Part shown: one piece after another, positions 10,285-19,325 of the stretch | Layout of the letters: each line of letters opens with the position of its first letter | Numbering within the stretch: the first letter of the stretch is position 1 | Assembly (NCBI GenBank): GCA_963822965.1 | Contig: CAWGJT010000009.1 | Location: 236,056-300,055 of the forward strand | Length of the DNA: 64,000 nucleotides | Reading direction: 5' to 3' | Origin: an uncultured delta proteobacterium | GTDB lineage: Bacteria > Myxococcota_A > UBA9160 > UBA4427 | Made by a program: the position numbers and the translations under genes | Notes under the pieces: model-generated | The model's input: only the letters and a program-made list of their open reading frames with translations | The model's database searches: none | Told to the model about the DNA's origin: nothing

Positions 10285-12396
10285 GTGCTCGTGTCCGCCG
10301 GCCAGCCGCTCTTCACCGAGGACACCTGGTGGCACCTGTCCATGGGCGAGCGCTATGCCGCCGAGGGGCCGTGGCTCTCGGCCGACCCCCTCCTTCACAC
10401 GGCGACCGGCCCACCCGCACCGGCGGCCTGGCTCACGGCACTCGGCTTGCACGGCGTCGAGAGGCTGGCGGGCATCCAGGGCCTTCGCTGCCTGCACGCA
10501 CTGCTCGTGCTCGGCATCCTGCTGCTGGCGTGGCGCGCGCTGCGGCGCGCGAGCGGATCGACCGCCTTCGCGAGCCTCGCGACGGCTGCCTTCGCGGCCC
10601 TCTCGGCCTACCGGCTCTTCCAGCTCCGGCCCCACCTCTTCACGATCGGCGGGGCGTTGCTGCTCGTCTGGCTGCTGGTGGGCACCGGGCGCGTGCCCTC
10701 CTGGCGGCGCGTCGCCGCCGCGGTCCTGGGGATGCTCCTGTGGGCGAACCTGCACGGCGCCTTCGTGCTCGGCCCGATCCTGCTGGCAGCCGGCGTCGCG
10801 GGTCTCGCCCTCGCGGCGCTCCTCGAGCCGGGGCGGCGGCCGCTGCACCTGGCGCGCGCGAAACGCATCGCCATCGCCCTGGTCCTGGGCCTGGTGGCCA
10901 CCCTCGCGAACCCGCAGGGCATGGGGCCGCACCGCCTCTACTTCGCCGCCGGTACGGACACACCGGCACTCGAGGTCGTTCGGGACGAGTGGCTGGCGGT
11001 TCCGCTCTTCTCGCTGCCGACCCCCAACCTGCCGCCGAGCCCGCTCTCCTGGGCGCTGGTCTGGGCGCTGCTCGTGCTGGTCCCGGCGGCCGTCGTGCTG
11101 ACCCTGCGCGCGCAGCGCCGGAAGGCCTCGACGGCTTCGTCCCCGGCGCCGACCCTCGATCCGGCCCTGGTGGCGATCGCCGCGGTGTCGCTCGTCGGGG
11201 CGCTGTCGGCGGTGCGCCTGCTCTGGATGGAGATCTTTCCGCTGATGGTGCTGGGGCAGTGCCTCCAGCCCCGGCTCACGGGAGCGCCGGGGGACGCCAC
11301 GGGGACGACGAAGCCGCGGACCGGCGCCGCCTGGACGCTCGCGGCCGTCGCACTGCTGCTGCTTCCCGGCTTCGTGGCGCTCGGGGACTGGCCGATGATC
11401 TCCCGCGCCGTCCGTGCCGGCTGGTACGCCCGCCCGTACCCGACGACGAAGTACGACGCCTTCGCGGTGTGGTTCCTCCGGGACGCGGGACTCACGGGGC
11501 GCCTCTTCAACGACTACACGAGCGGAAACTTCCTCGGCTACTGGCTCGCCCCCGGCCTGCGCGTATTCGTGAACGGCTCCCTGAACGTGCCGAAGGAGGT
11601 GCTCGACGCCCACGGGGCCATCCTGCGCCGCGAGGGTCTCCGGCCCGGTGAGAGCTTCGAGCAGCTGCTCGATCGCTACGGGATCGACGTCTTCTTCGGC
11701 ACCGGGCTGCCCCAGCTCTCGCTTCCGGGACGGCCGCTCTTCAGCACCACTGCATATCTCGAGGGACGCGACGGCTGGATCCTCGTGTTCCGGAACGTCC
11801 GCAGCGCGGTCTACCTCCGAGACGACGAGCGCAATCGGCCGAACCTCGAGAGAGTTGCCGACTACTACGCGCGCGAGGGAGTTCCCTTCGACGCGAAGCG
11901 CGGTCTCGACCCCGCGCGCGTGATCCGCGAGGACCCCGAGTGGGCGGTGCTCCACGGCGTGGTGCCCCGCGACTTCCGCTCGGTCCAGAATGCCGCCCAC
12001 TCGTTCGACCCGACGCGACGCGGACCGGCGCAGGAACGCCTGGCCGCGCTCTACGCGGCGCTCGGGCTCTACGATTCGTCCATCGCGGAGGACCGCAGAC
12101 TGCTGTCCTCCAACCCCGCCTCGCTCACGGCGGCCCGGCGGCTCGTCTGGTCGCTGTTGCGGCTACACCGCTACGCCGAAGCCGCGCGGGCCGCAGCGGG
12201 ACAGACGAAGCTGGCGGCCGCCGACGACCCACTGTCAAGGTTGATCGCGACCACGGCGCAGGAGGCGGCCGGGCTCGCCGAGGCCGGCCGGGGGGAGGAG
12301 GCGGCCACCCGGGTCGCCCGCCTGCCGGTCTTCACCCTGCCGCAGGCGCAGTACCTGCTCGCCGGCTACCACGAGGCGGAGCCGCGGGTCCGATGA
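10285..12396 (+). CDS. multi-pass membrane protein, GT-C-like glycosyltransferase candidate
   Basis: EDTWWHLSMG, RPHLF, LWANLHG, LFNDYTSGNFL motifs; about 10 TM segments; true start probably upstream (frame open back to 10210). Confidence 0.7.
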   Translation: MLVSAGQPLFTEDTWWHLSMGERYAAEGPWLSADPLLHTATGPPAPAAWLTALGLHGVERLAGIQGLRCLHALLVLGILLLAWRALRRASGSTAFASLATAAFAALSAYRLFQLRPHLFTIGGALLLVWLLVGTGRVPSWRRVAAAVLGMLLWANLHGAFVLGPILLAAGVAGLALAALLEPGRRPLHLARAKRIAIALVLGLVATLANPQGMGPHRLYFAAGTDTPALEVVRDEWLAVPLFSLPTPNLPPSPLSWALVWALLVLVPAAVVLTLRAQRRKASTASSPAPTLDPALVAIAAVSLVGALSAVRLLWMEIFPLMVLGQCLQPRLTGAPGDATGTTKPRTGAAWTLAAVALLLLPGFVALGDWPMISRAVRAGWYARPYPTTKYDAFAVWFLRDAGLTGRLFNDYTSGNFLGYWLAPGLRVFVNGSLNVPKEVLDAHGAILRREGLRPGESFEQLLDRYGIDVFFGTGLPQLSLPGRPLFSTTAYLEGRDGWILVFRNVRSAVYLRDDERNRPNLERVADYYAREGVPFDAKRGLDPARVIREDPEWAVLHGVVPRDFRSVQNAAHSFDPTRRGPAQERLAALYAALGLYDSSIAEDRRLLSSNPASLTAARRLVWSLLRLHRYAEAARAAAGQTKLAAADDPLSRLIATTAQEAAGLAEAGRGEEAATRVARLPVFTLPQAQYLLAGYHEAEPRVR

Positions 12397-12629
12397 CCGG
12401 AAAGGGCCCCCGGCCGCGCGGTGCAGCCGGCCGGGCGATGGGTGATACTCGGCTGGCTGGAAATTCCGGCTGATGCGATAGTCGCTTGTGGCATGATCGC
12501 AAGCGCATCGTGGTCGGCACCACGTTGATGCGCGCCATCTCGATCGTCACCGTCGTCGTCAGCTGACGTCCGGACCGGCTGGTTCGGGGCAGGGATCGTC
12601 GATTCGGTCCAGGAGGGTCTACGAGTCGC

Positions 12630-13454
12630 ATGGAACGGAACAGGCACGCGGCCGCGGCCATCGTCGTCGCGGTCGCTTTCGCAATCTTCGGCGGAGCGGT
12701 CGCATTCGCACAGGACGAGGAGGAGCCGACCACTCCGCCGCCGCCGGGCCCCCTCGGCGAGCTGGTCTCGGCCCGCTCCGAAGGCAACGATCTGGCCGCG
12801 CAGGTCCAGAAGCAGATCGAGGACATCAGCGACGAGACGAGCGCGCTCCTCGCCCAGTACCGGACCGCGCTGAAGCAGATCGACGCCATCGATCTCTACA
12901 ACGAGCAGATGAAGAACCTGATCTCCTCCCAGGAGGGGGAGCTCACTTCGATCAGCGACCAGCTCGACCGCGTCGAGCAGGTCGGCCGCAGCGTGACACC
13001 GCTGATGATGCGCATGATCGACGCGCTCGAGAAGTTCGTCGCGCTGGACGTCCCGTTCCTGATCGACGAGCGCACGGAGCGGGTGGCGCACCTGCGCGAG
13101 ATGATGAGCCGCGCCAACGTGTCCACCGCGGGCAAGTTCCGCCAGATCATGGAGGCGTACCAGATCGAGAACGAGTACGGCCGCACCATCGAGGCCTACC
13201 GCGCCAACCTCGAGCTCGACGGGCGCGAGACCCAGGTCGACTTCCTGCGCTTTGGACGGATCGCGCTCGTCTACCAGTCGCTCGACGAGACGAAGTCCGG
13301 GGTCTGGAGCCAGAAGTCGCGGAGCTGGGTGCCCCTGGACTCCAGCCACCGTTCGGCCATTCGCGAGGGTCTGCGGATCGCGCGCAAGCAGTCGGCGCCG
13401 GACCTGGTCCGGCTGCCCCTTCCCGCGCCGACGACGGCGCAGGAGTCGAGCTGA
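12630..13454 (+). CDS. DUF3450-family periplasmic protein (TtpB-like, TonB2-type operon)
   Basis: SD AGGAGG; signal peptide, coiled coil, DVPFLIDERTER, YQIENEYGR, FLRFGRIALVYQS. Confidence 0.85.
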   Translation: MERNRHAAAAIVVAVAFAIFGGAVAFAQDEEEPTTPPPPGPLGELVSARSEGNDLAAQVQKQIEDISDETSALLAQYRTALKQIDAIDLYNEQMKNLISSQEGELTSISDQLDRVEQVGRSVTPLMMRMIDALEKFVALDVPFLIDERTERVAHLREMMSRANVSTAGKFRQIMEAYQIENEYGRTIEAYRANLELDGRETQVDFLRFGRIALVYQSLDETKSGVWSQKSRSWVPLDSSHRSAIREGLRIARKQSAPDLVRLPLPAPTTAQESS

Positions 13455-14997
13455 TGAAGCGGCACAGGACGACGACCCCTCCCTGCTTTTCTCTCGGCCT
13501 CGGTCGCGTCGATTTTTCTTCGGCCTCGGTCGCGTCGACTTCTTCGGCCTCGGTCGCGTCGATTTCTTCGGCCTCGGCGTGGCTCTGCTCGCCGGTCTCG
13601 TGGGTGCAGGCCTGCTGGCGGCGCCGGCCCGGGCCCAGGACGCCGCCGGCCAACCCGGCGCGGATGCCGCACCGAAGAGCCAACCGCCGAAGACCGCCGT
13701 GGCGGAGGCCGAGCCCTCGAACCTGTTCGAGCTGCTCGACCTGGTGCAGCGCGGCCTCGAGGTCGAGAGGGACGAGAACCTCCGCCGGGTCCAGGAGTTC
13801 CTGAACGAGAAGGAGCAGCAGACGAAGCTCCTGGCCGACGCCAAAGCGACCCTCGCCCACAAGGAAGAGACGAGCCAGCACCTCGAGGAGACCTACAACG
13901 GCAACGAGCGCGCCATCGCCGAGAATCAGGAACGACTCACCCAGCGGCTGGGCGAGCTGGGCGAGCTCTTCGGCGTGGTGCGCCAGGTGGCGAACGAGGC
14001 CAGCGGCCAGGTGTGGGACTCGCTCATCAGCTCGCAGCTGGGCCCGCGCAAGGAGACCCTCGACAAGCTCGGCCGCAGCAACGAGCTGCCCACCACGGAC
14101 GACCTGGAGAAGCTCTGGTACGAGCTGCAGCGGGAGATGACCGAACAGGGCCAGGTGGTTCGCTACCCCGCCCAGGTGCTCACCGACGAGGGCCTCGTGG
14201 AGACGCGCGAGGTCGTCCGGGCCGGCGTGTTCAGCGCCGTGTCGAACGGACGCTACCTGCTGTGGCAGCCCAAGGAGGGGAAGCTCGCCGAGCTGACCCG
14301 CCAGCCACCCTCCCGCTACCTGGACACCGTCGAGTCCTTCGAGAACCTGAAGCAGGGCTACGGGGTGCTCGCCGTCGATCCCTCCCGCGGTCAGCTGCTG
14401 AGCGCCCTGACGGACACGCCGAGCTTCAAGGAGCGCATCAACCAGGGCGGCTACGTGGGCTACACGATCATCTTCCTGGGCATCCTGGCCCTGGTGCTGG
14501 GCTCCTTCCGCTGGATCGCCGTGACCATCACCAGCCGTCGCGTATCGACCCAGCAGCGCAGCGACGGCATCGACGCCCGCAACCCGCTCGGCCGGGTGCT
14601 CCAGGTCTTCGAGGACAATCGCCTCGCGACTGCGGAGACGCTCGAGCTCAAGCTGGACGAGGCGGTCATGCGGGAGACGTCGAAGCTGCAGCGGTTCATG
14701 TGGGTGGTGAAGACCGTCTCGGTGGTCGCCCCGCTGCTCGGACTGCTCGGTACCGTCACCGGTATGATCAAGACCTTCCAGGCGATCACGCTCTTCGGCG
14801 CCGGCGATCCGAAGATGATGGCGGGCGGCATCTCGGAAGCCCTCGTCACCACGATGCTGGGGCTGATGACCGCGATCCCGCTGGTGCTGCTCTACGACAC
14901 GCTCGCGAACACCGCTCGGCGCGTCATCGACATCCTGGACGAGCAGAGCGCAGGCCTCATCGCGACCCGCGCCGAGAGGGACAGTGCCGCAGATTGA
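13454..14997 (+). CDS. large MotA/TolQ/ExbB-family protein (TtpC-like); frameshift in N-terminal repeat
   Basis: ATG overlaps the upstream stop; frame shifts in the T-run at 13513-13517; DPSRG, APLLGLLGTVTGMIKTF, MAGGISEALVTT. Confidence 0.85.
13493..13577. repeat. 24-bp tandem repeat, about 3.5 copies (encodes FGLGRVDF)
   Basis: CTTCGGCCTCGGTCGCGTCGA(T/C)TT units; first copy has two extra T. Confidence 0.9.
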
Positions 14998-15511
14998 AGC
15001 CATCCTGGCGGTCCGCGATTTCATCGAGCGCGGCGGCGACGTCCTGCTGGCCATCGCCTTCGCGACGGCGATCATGTGGGCGTTGATCTACGAGCGCGTC
15101 TGGTACTACGTGACGACCCACCGCAAGGAGGCGATGCGCGTCCGCGAGGTGTGGCAGGCGCGAAGGGATCATTCCTCCTGGGGCGCCCACCAGATCCGCC
15201 GCATGCTGATCTCCGAGGTGAGGCTGCGCCTGCAGCAGCGGCTCTGGCCCATCGAGACGCTCGTGAAGCTCGCCCCCATGCTCGGGCTGCTCGGCACCGT
15301 GACGGGGATGATCGAGGTATTCGACGTCATGGCGGTCAACGGCAGCGGCAACGCGCGGGGCATGGCGGCCGGCGTCTCGAAGGCCACGTTGCCCACGATG
15401 GCGGGCATGGTGGCAGCCATCACGGGAATGCTGTTCATCATCCAGCTCAAACGGTTCGCACAGGACGAGTCGGAGCGCGTGGCGGACAGTCTGGAGATGG
15501 ATCAGGAGTAG
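14984..15511 (+). CDS. exbB: ExbB (MotA/TolQ/ExbB proton channel)
   Basis: APMLGLLGTVTGMIEVF, MAAGVSKATLPTMAG; position in operon. Confidence 0.9.
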   Translation: MPQIEAILAVRDFIERGGDVLLAIAFATAIMWALIYERVWYYVTTHRKEAMRVREVWQARRDHSSWGAHQIRRMLISEVRLRLQQRLWPIETLVKLAPMLGLLGTVTGMIEVFDVMAVNGSGNARGMAAGVSKATLPTMAGMVAAITGMLFIIQLKRFAQDESERVADSLEMDQE

Positions 15512-15591
15512 GCGGGTTCCATGCGCGGAAGAAGTTCTGACGCCGGCCTCCTGCTCGCGCTCGCATCGCCGATCGCAACGGGGTGGCTCGA

Positions 15592-16212
15592 ATGACGGCG
15601 ATCCGCCCGTTCCTCGTCGCCGTGCTCGGTATCCTGAGCGCCTTCGTGCTCTTCTGGGTGATGCAGGCGCTGGTGAGCGTCAAGGGCGAGCTGAAGGAGT
15701 CGACCGGCAAGCTCACGGTCGACTTCGTGCGCCTGCGCAAGGACACCACCCCGCCGATGAAGGAGCGCGAGCCCCCGAGGCGGGAGAAGCCCGAGCAGCC
15801 GCCGCCGCCGCCCGAGATGAACATGGCGCAGAACCTGAAGCCCGGGGACACGGTGGGCGAGATCGTCCCGATGATCGACACGGGCATGGAGCTGGAGAGC
15901 TCCACCAGCCTCGGCGTCGGCGGAACGGATCGCGACGTCGTTCCGCTCGTGCGCGTGGACCCCGAGTACCCGCCCCGGGCGCAGCAGCAGCGCATCGGGG
16001 GCTGGGTGGAGGTCTCGTTCACCATCACCCCCGTCGGCACCGTGGACGACATCAAGGTGACCGGATCCGATCCGCCCTACGTGTTCGACCGGGCGGTGGT
16101 CGAGGCGGTGCGCAAGTGGCGCTACAACCCGAAGATCGAGGACGGCAAGGCGGTCGCCCGCAAGAACCAGAGGGTGCGCCTGCGCTTCGACCCGAGGGCC
16201 AGCTCACGATGA
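15592..16212 (+). CDS. tonB: TonB energy transducer
   Basis: N-terminal TM, Pro-rich linker (PEQPPPPP), PEYPPRA...GWVEVSFTI...WRYNP. Confidence 0.9.
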   Translation: MTAIRPFLVAVLGILSAFVLFWVMQALVSVKGELKESTGKLTVDFVRLRKDTTPPMKEREPPRREKPEQPPPPPEMNMAQNLKPGDTVGEIVPMIDTGMELESSTSLGVGGTDRDVVPLVRVDPEYPPRAQQQRIGGWVEVSFTITPVGTVDDIKVTGSDPPYVFDRAVVEAVRKWRYNPKIEDGKAVARKNQRVRLRFDPRASSR

Positions 16213-17503
16213 GATCGCGTGCGACGGCAATGCTGACGCTGCTCCTGCTCGCGGTCCCGATCGTGCAGGGGGTGGTCCTGCCCCGGCAGGCGGTCGCGCA
16301 GGCCGCCGAGGACAAGGTGCCCCAGGCGGAGCTGGACGAGGTGGATCTCCAGCACAAGCTGCGACGCGGCCAGTACCGGCTGGACTCGCGCATCTCGCGC
16401 TACCTCGAAGCGGCCATCGAGGACTTCCACGAAGGCAAGCCCGAAGAGGGCGAAGGAGCTGCTCGCTCGGCTCAAGGTCGACCGCCTGAATCCCTGGGAG
16501 CGCGCGCAGATCTTCAAGCTCAGGGCCTTCATGGACTATGGGACGGCCAACTACGCCGGCGCCATCGAGAACTTCCAGAAGGTGCTGCAAGAGCAGGTCA
16601 TGCCCGTGAAGGACGAGATCGAGCTGCGCTTCAGCATCGCCCAGCTCTACGCCGCGCGAGCAGAAGTGGAAGGAGTGCATCGCGGCGCTCCAGGACTGGC
16701 TGCGCTACGTCGCCGAGCCCGAGCCCCTCGCCTTCTACCTGCTGGCCGTCGCGCACTTCCAGCTCGAGGAGTACGACAAGGCGATCGAGTATGCGGAGAC
16801 GGCGGTCGACATGGCGCCCGAGCCGAAGGAAGGCTGGCTGCAGCTGCTCGCCGCCCTCTACGTGCGACAGCAGGACTACGAGCGGGCGGGACCGGTCTTC
16901 GAGGAGCTGGTGACGCGCTTCCCGAAGAAGGAGTACTGGGTCCAGCTCTCGCTGATCTACGGCGCGCGCGAGGACTACCGGAACTCCCTGGCGGTCCAGC
17001 AGATCGCGTACGAGCAGGGGCTGCTCACCGAGGACAAGGAGCTCCGGCGCCTGGCGCGCTCGTACCTGTTCAAGAGCCTGCCCTATCCGGCGGCCAAGGT
17101 GCTCGAGAAGGGCATCCAGAGCGGCAAGATCAAGGTCGACTCCGAAGCCTACGAGATGCTCGCAAACTCCTGGATCGCCGCGCGGGAGTACGAGAAGGCG
17201 ATCGAGCCGTTGACCAAGGCCGCCGATCTCGCGGACGACGGCAAGCTCTACATCCGACTCGGGCAGGTCTACATGCAGCGCGAAGAATGGGGCGAGGCCG
17301 CTCGACTCTTCCGGAAGGCCCTCGCGAAGGGGGGGCTCCCGGATCCCGGGCAGGCCCAGCTCCTGCTCGGCATCTCCTACTACAACAACCAGCAGGTCGA
17401 TCCGGCGCGACAGGCCTTCCGGCGGGCCCGTGAGCACGAGTCCAGCCGCAAGCAGGCCGACGCCTGGATCGGTCACATCGCCAGGGAAACCGAGGCGGGC
17501 TGA
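16209..17503 (+). CDS. periplasmic TPR protein (TtpD-like), two frameshifts
   Basis: ATGA overlap with tonB; signal peptide; TPR pieces join across frames near 16455 and 16655; YWVQLS, PYPAAKVLEKG. Confidence 0.8.
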
Positions 17504-17569
17504 TCCCCGCCACCCGGCTTGAGCGCCGCCCCCCCGCGACCTATCGTGACCCCAACGATCGGAGCGCAC

Positions 17570-18244
17570 ATGAGGGGCTCCATCCACCTCGCTTCGCTGG
17601 CGCTGGCGACGCTCACGGTCGCGTGTGTCTCTCCCTCTCCCGTCGACGTCGTCGTCGACTCCCGCACGGACTTCTCGCGCTATCGCACCTGGACCTGGCT
17701 CCCCGGCGAGGAGATCGACATCGACGCACCCGGGTCGCCGGCGGCGGAGCTGGCGAGTCGGGTCCACGCGAGCATCGAGCGCGGGCTGCGGAGCCGGGGG
17801 TTCGAGCGGAGCGGCACCGGGGCGGACTTCTTCGTCAGCTGCCGGCTGACGCTGCGTCGCCGCGAGGGCTACGTCGAGGTTCCGTTCGCGCCCTATCTCT
17901 TCTCGAGCCTCAGCTCCTCGGCGTCCTATTGGATCGAGGGCTCGTCGCGAGAGTCCCGGAGCTACGAAGACCTGCAGCTCGAGATCGGCATCCACACGGC
18001 GCCGGGGCCCGCGGTCTGGCGGGCCGCCACCTTCCGGAGCGTGGAGGTCGGCCGCCGCCTGCCCGTGCGCGAGGCCGTCGAGATGCTGCTCGAACACCTG
18101 CCCCAGGGCGCTCCCGAATCCGACTCGCCGAAGCAGCGGTCGACGCCGGAGCCCCCGAGCACTCCACCGGAGTCCCCGCGGAACGGCGGCGATCGGCTGG
18201 CGCTCGGGGGGCGGCTGCTGACCGGCCCGCACACCGCTCTCTGA
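17570..18244 (+). CDS. DUF4136-like lipoprotein
   Basis: Lipobox-like TVAC; DFSRYRTWTW, IERGLRSRGF, ADFFV, AVWR. Confidence 0.7.
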   Translation: MRGSIHLASLALATLTVACVSPSPVDVVVDSRTDFSRYRTWTWLPGEEIDIDAPGSPAAELASRVHASIERGLRSRGFERSGTGADFFVSCRLTLRRREGYVEVPFAPYLFSSLSSSASYWIEGSSRESRSYEDLQLEIGIHTAPGPAVWRAATFRSVEVGRRLPVREAVEMLLEHLPQGAPESDSPKQRSTPEPPSTPPESPRNGGDRLALGGRLLTGPHTAL

Positions 18245-18356
18245 CGGAGGCGGTCGATTGCGGGGGGTGCAGGCTCCCGATACCGTTCGACGACCACCCG
18301 CTTCCCGCCCTTCGGGACCACCGTCGGAACCACGAATCAGGGGACTGGAATCTTCG

Positions 18357-18896
18357 ATGAAGGTCAGCTTCGAGCTCAGCGAGAGCGACATCCGCTACTT
18401 CCGCGACCGGCTTCTCCAGGCGCGTTCGAAGGGCGCCGCGCAGGACGAGGACCGGGTGATCCGACGCGCCGCGAAGCTGGTGCAGAAGGCTGCCACCGCG
18501 AATCCCCCCGAGTTCGTCATCGAGCGTCTCGGGAAGCTCGACCAGCTGACCGGCATGCTGCTCGACGAGGAGTGGCGGCTGGAGGGCCGCGATCGCGCCC
18601 GCATCCTCAACGCGCTGGCGTACTTCGCTGAAGAAGAGGACCTCATCCCCGACCGGGTCCCCGGGCTCGGATATCTCGACGACGCGATCATGGTCGAGCT
18701 CGTGATGCAGGAGCTCAAGCACGAGATCGAGGCCTACGACGATTTCTGCAAGCTGCGAAAGACGGGACCCAACGCCAAGAGTCAGGCCAAGCGCGAAGCG
18801 CGCAGGAAGGCCCTCCAGGCGAGGATGCGCAGGCGCCTGCGGCGCGATCGGGAGCCGCACGGCGGAAGCCGCAAGCCGCCCCTGCGCCTCTGGTAG
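18357..18896 (+). CDS. YkvA/DUF1232-family protein
   Basis: ALAYFAEEEDLIPDRVPGLGYLDDA. Confidence 0.85.
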   Translation: MKVSFELSESDIRYFRDRLLQARSKGAAQDEDRVIRRAAKLVQKAATANPPEFVIERLGKLDQLTGMLLDEEWRLEGRDRARILNALAYFAEEEDLIPDRVPGLGYLDDAIMVELVMQELKHEIEAYDDFCKLRKTGPNAKSQAKREARRKALQARMRRRLRRDREPHGGSRKPPLRLW

Positions 18897-18944
18897 CCGC
18901 CTGTCGCGCGAGCAGTGCCCGGGGTGCGAGGAACGTGCAGCGGG

Positions 18945-19274
18945 CTAGAAGTCGCCCAGTGGACGCTGGAACGCGTTCTCGCTCGGGATGAGGATGAACT
19001 TCTCGAGTGCCTGGTGCATCGCATCCTTGCCGTTCGGAGACGTGAGAATCACCGCCGGTACGAAGAATGCGGCGCCGACTGCCACGGCGATCGTCGCCAG
19101 CGGTCGCACCACCACGACGTCGATGCCCACGGCGAAGCTGCGCTCGGCCATGCTGCGCGAATCGCTCTCGTCGGCCCGCGCCAGGGCCGGCTGCAGCAGG
19201 CACAGGGAGGTCGCCGTCAACAGGATGGCCCACCGGATTCCGGGGCGGGCGCGGGATCGGTCGGCTCTACGCAT
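18945..19274 (-). CDS. small exported/membrane hypothetical protein
   Basis: Signal peptide ending ALA; DVVVVRPL...G...F...FQRPLGDF. Confidence 0.75.
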   Translation of the reverse strand: MRRADRSRARPGIRWAILLTATSLCLLQPALARADESDSRSMAERSFAVGIDVVVVRPLATIAVAVGAAFFVPAVILTSPNGKDAMHQALEKFILIPSENAFQRPLGDF

Positions 19275-19325
19275 GGTGCTCGACGGTAGCAGATCCCCGG
19301 GGCGGCCGGACGCGGGGGGGCCGCC

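Noticed and set aside
10159..10285. Selenocysteine or read-through at in-frame TGA 10207-10209
   Set aside because: Low-complexity N-terminal context, no redox motif and no clear SECIS-like hairpin; more likely an indel or alternative start
12396..12630. Riboswitch, Fur box or sigma54 promoter before the TonB operon
   Set aside because: No recognisable cobalamin/TPP core or Fur palindrome; TGGCAT and CGGCAC lack a correctly spaced GC
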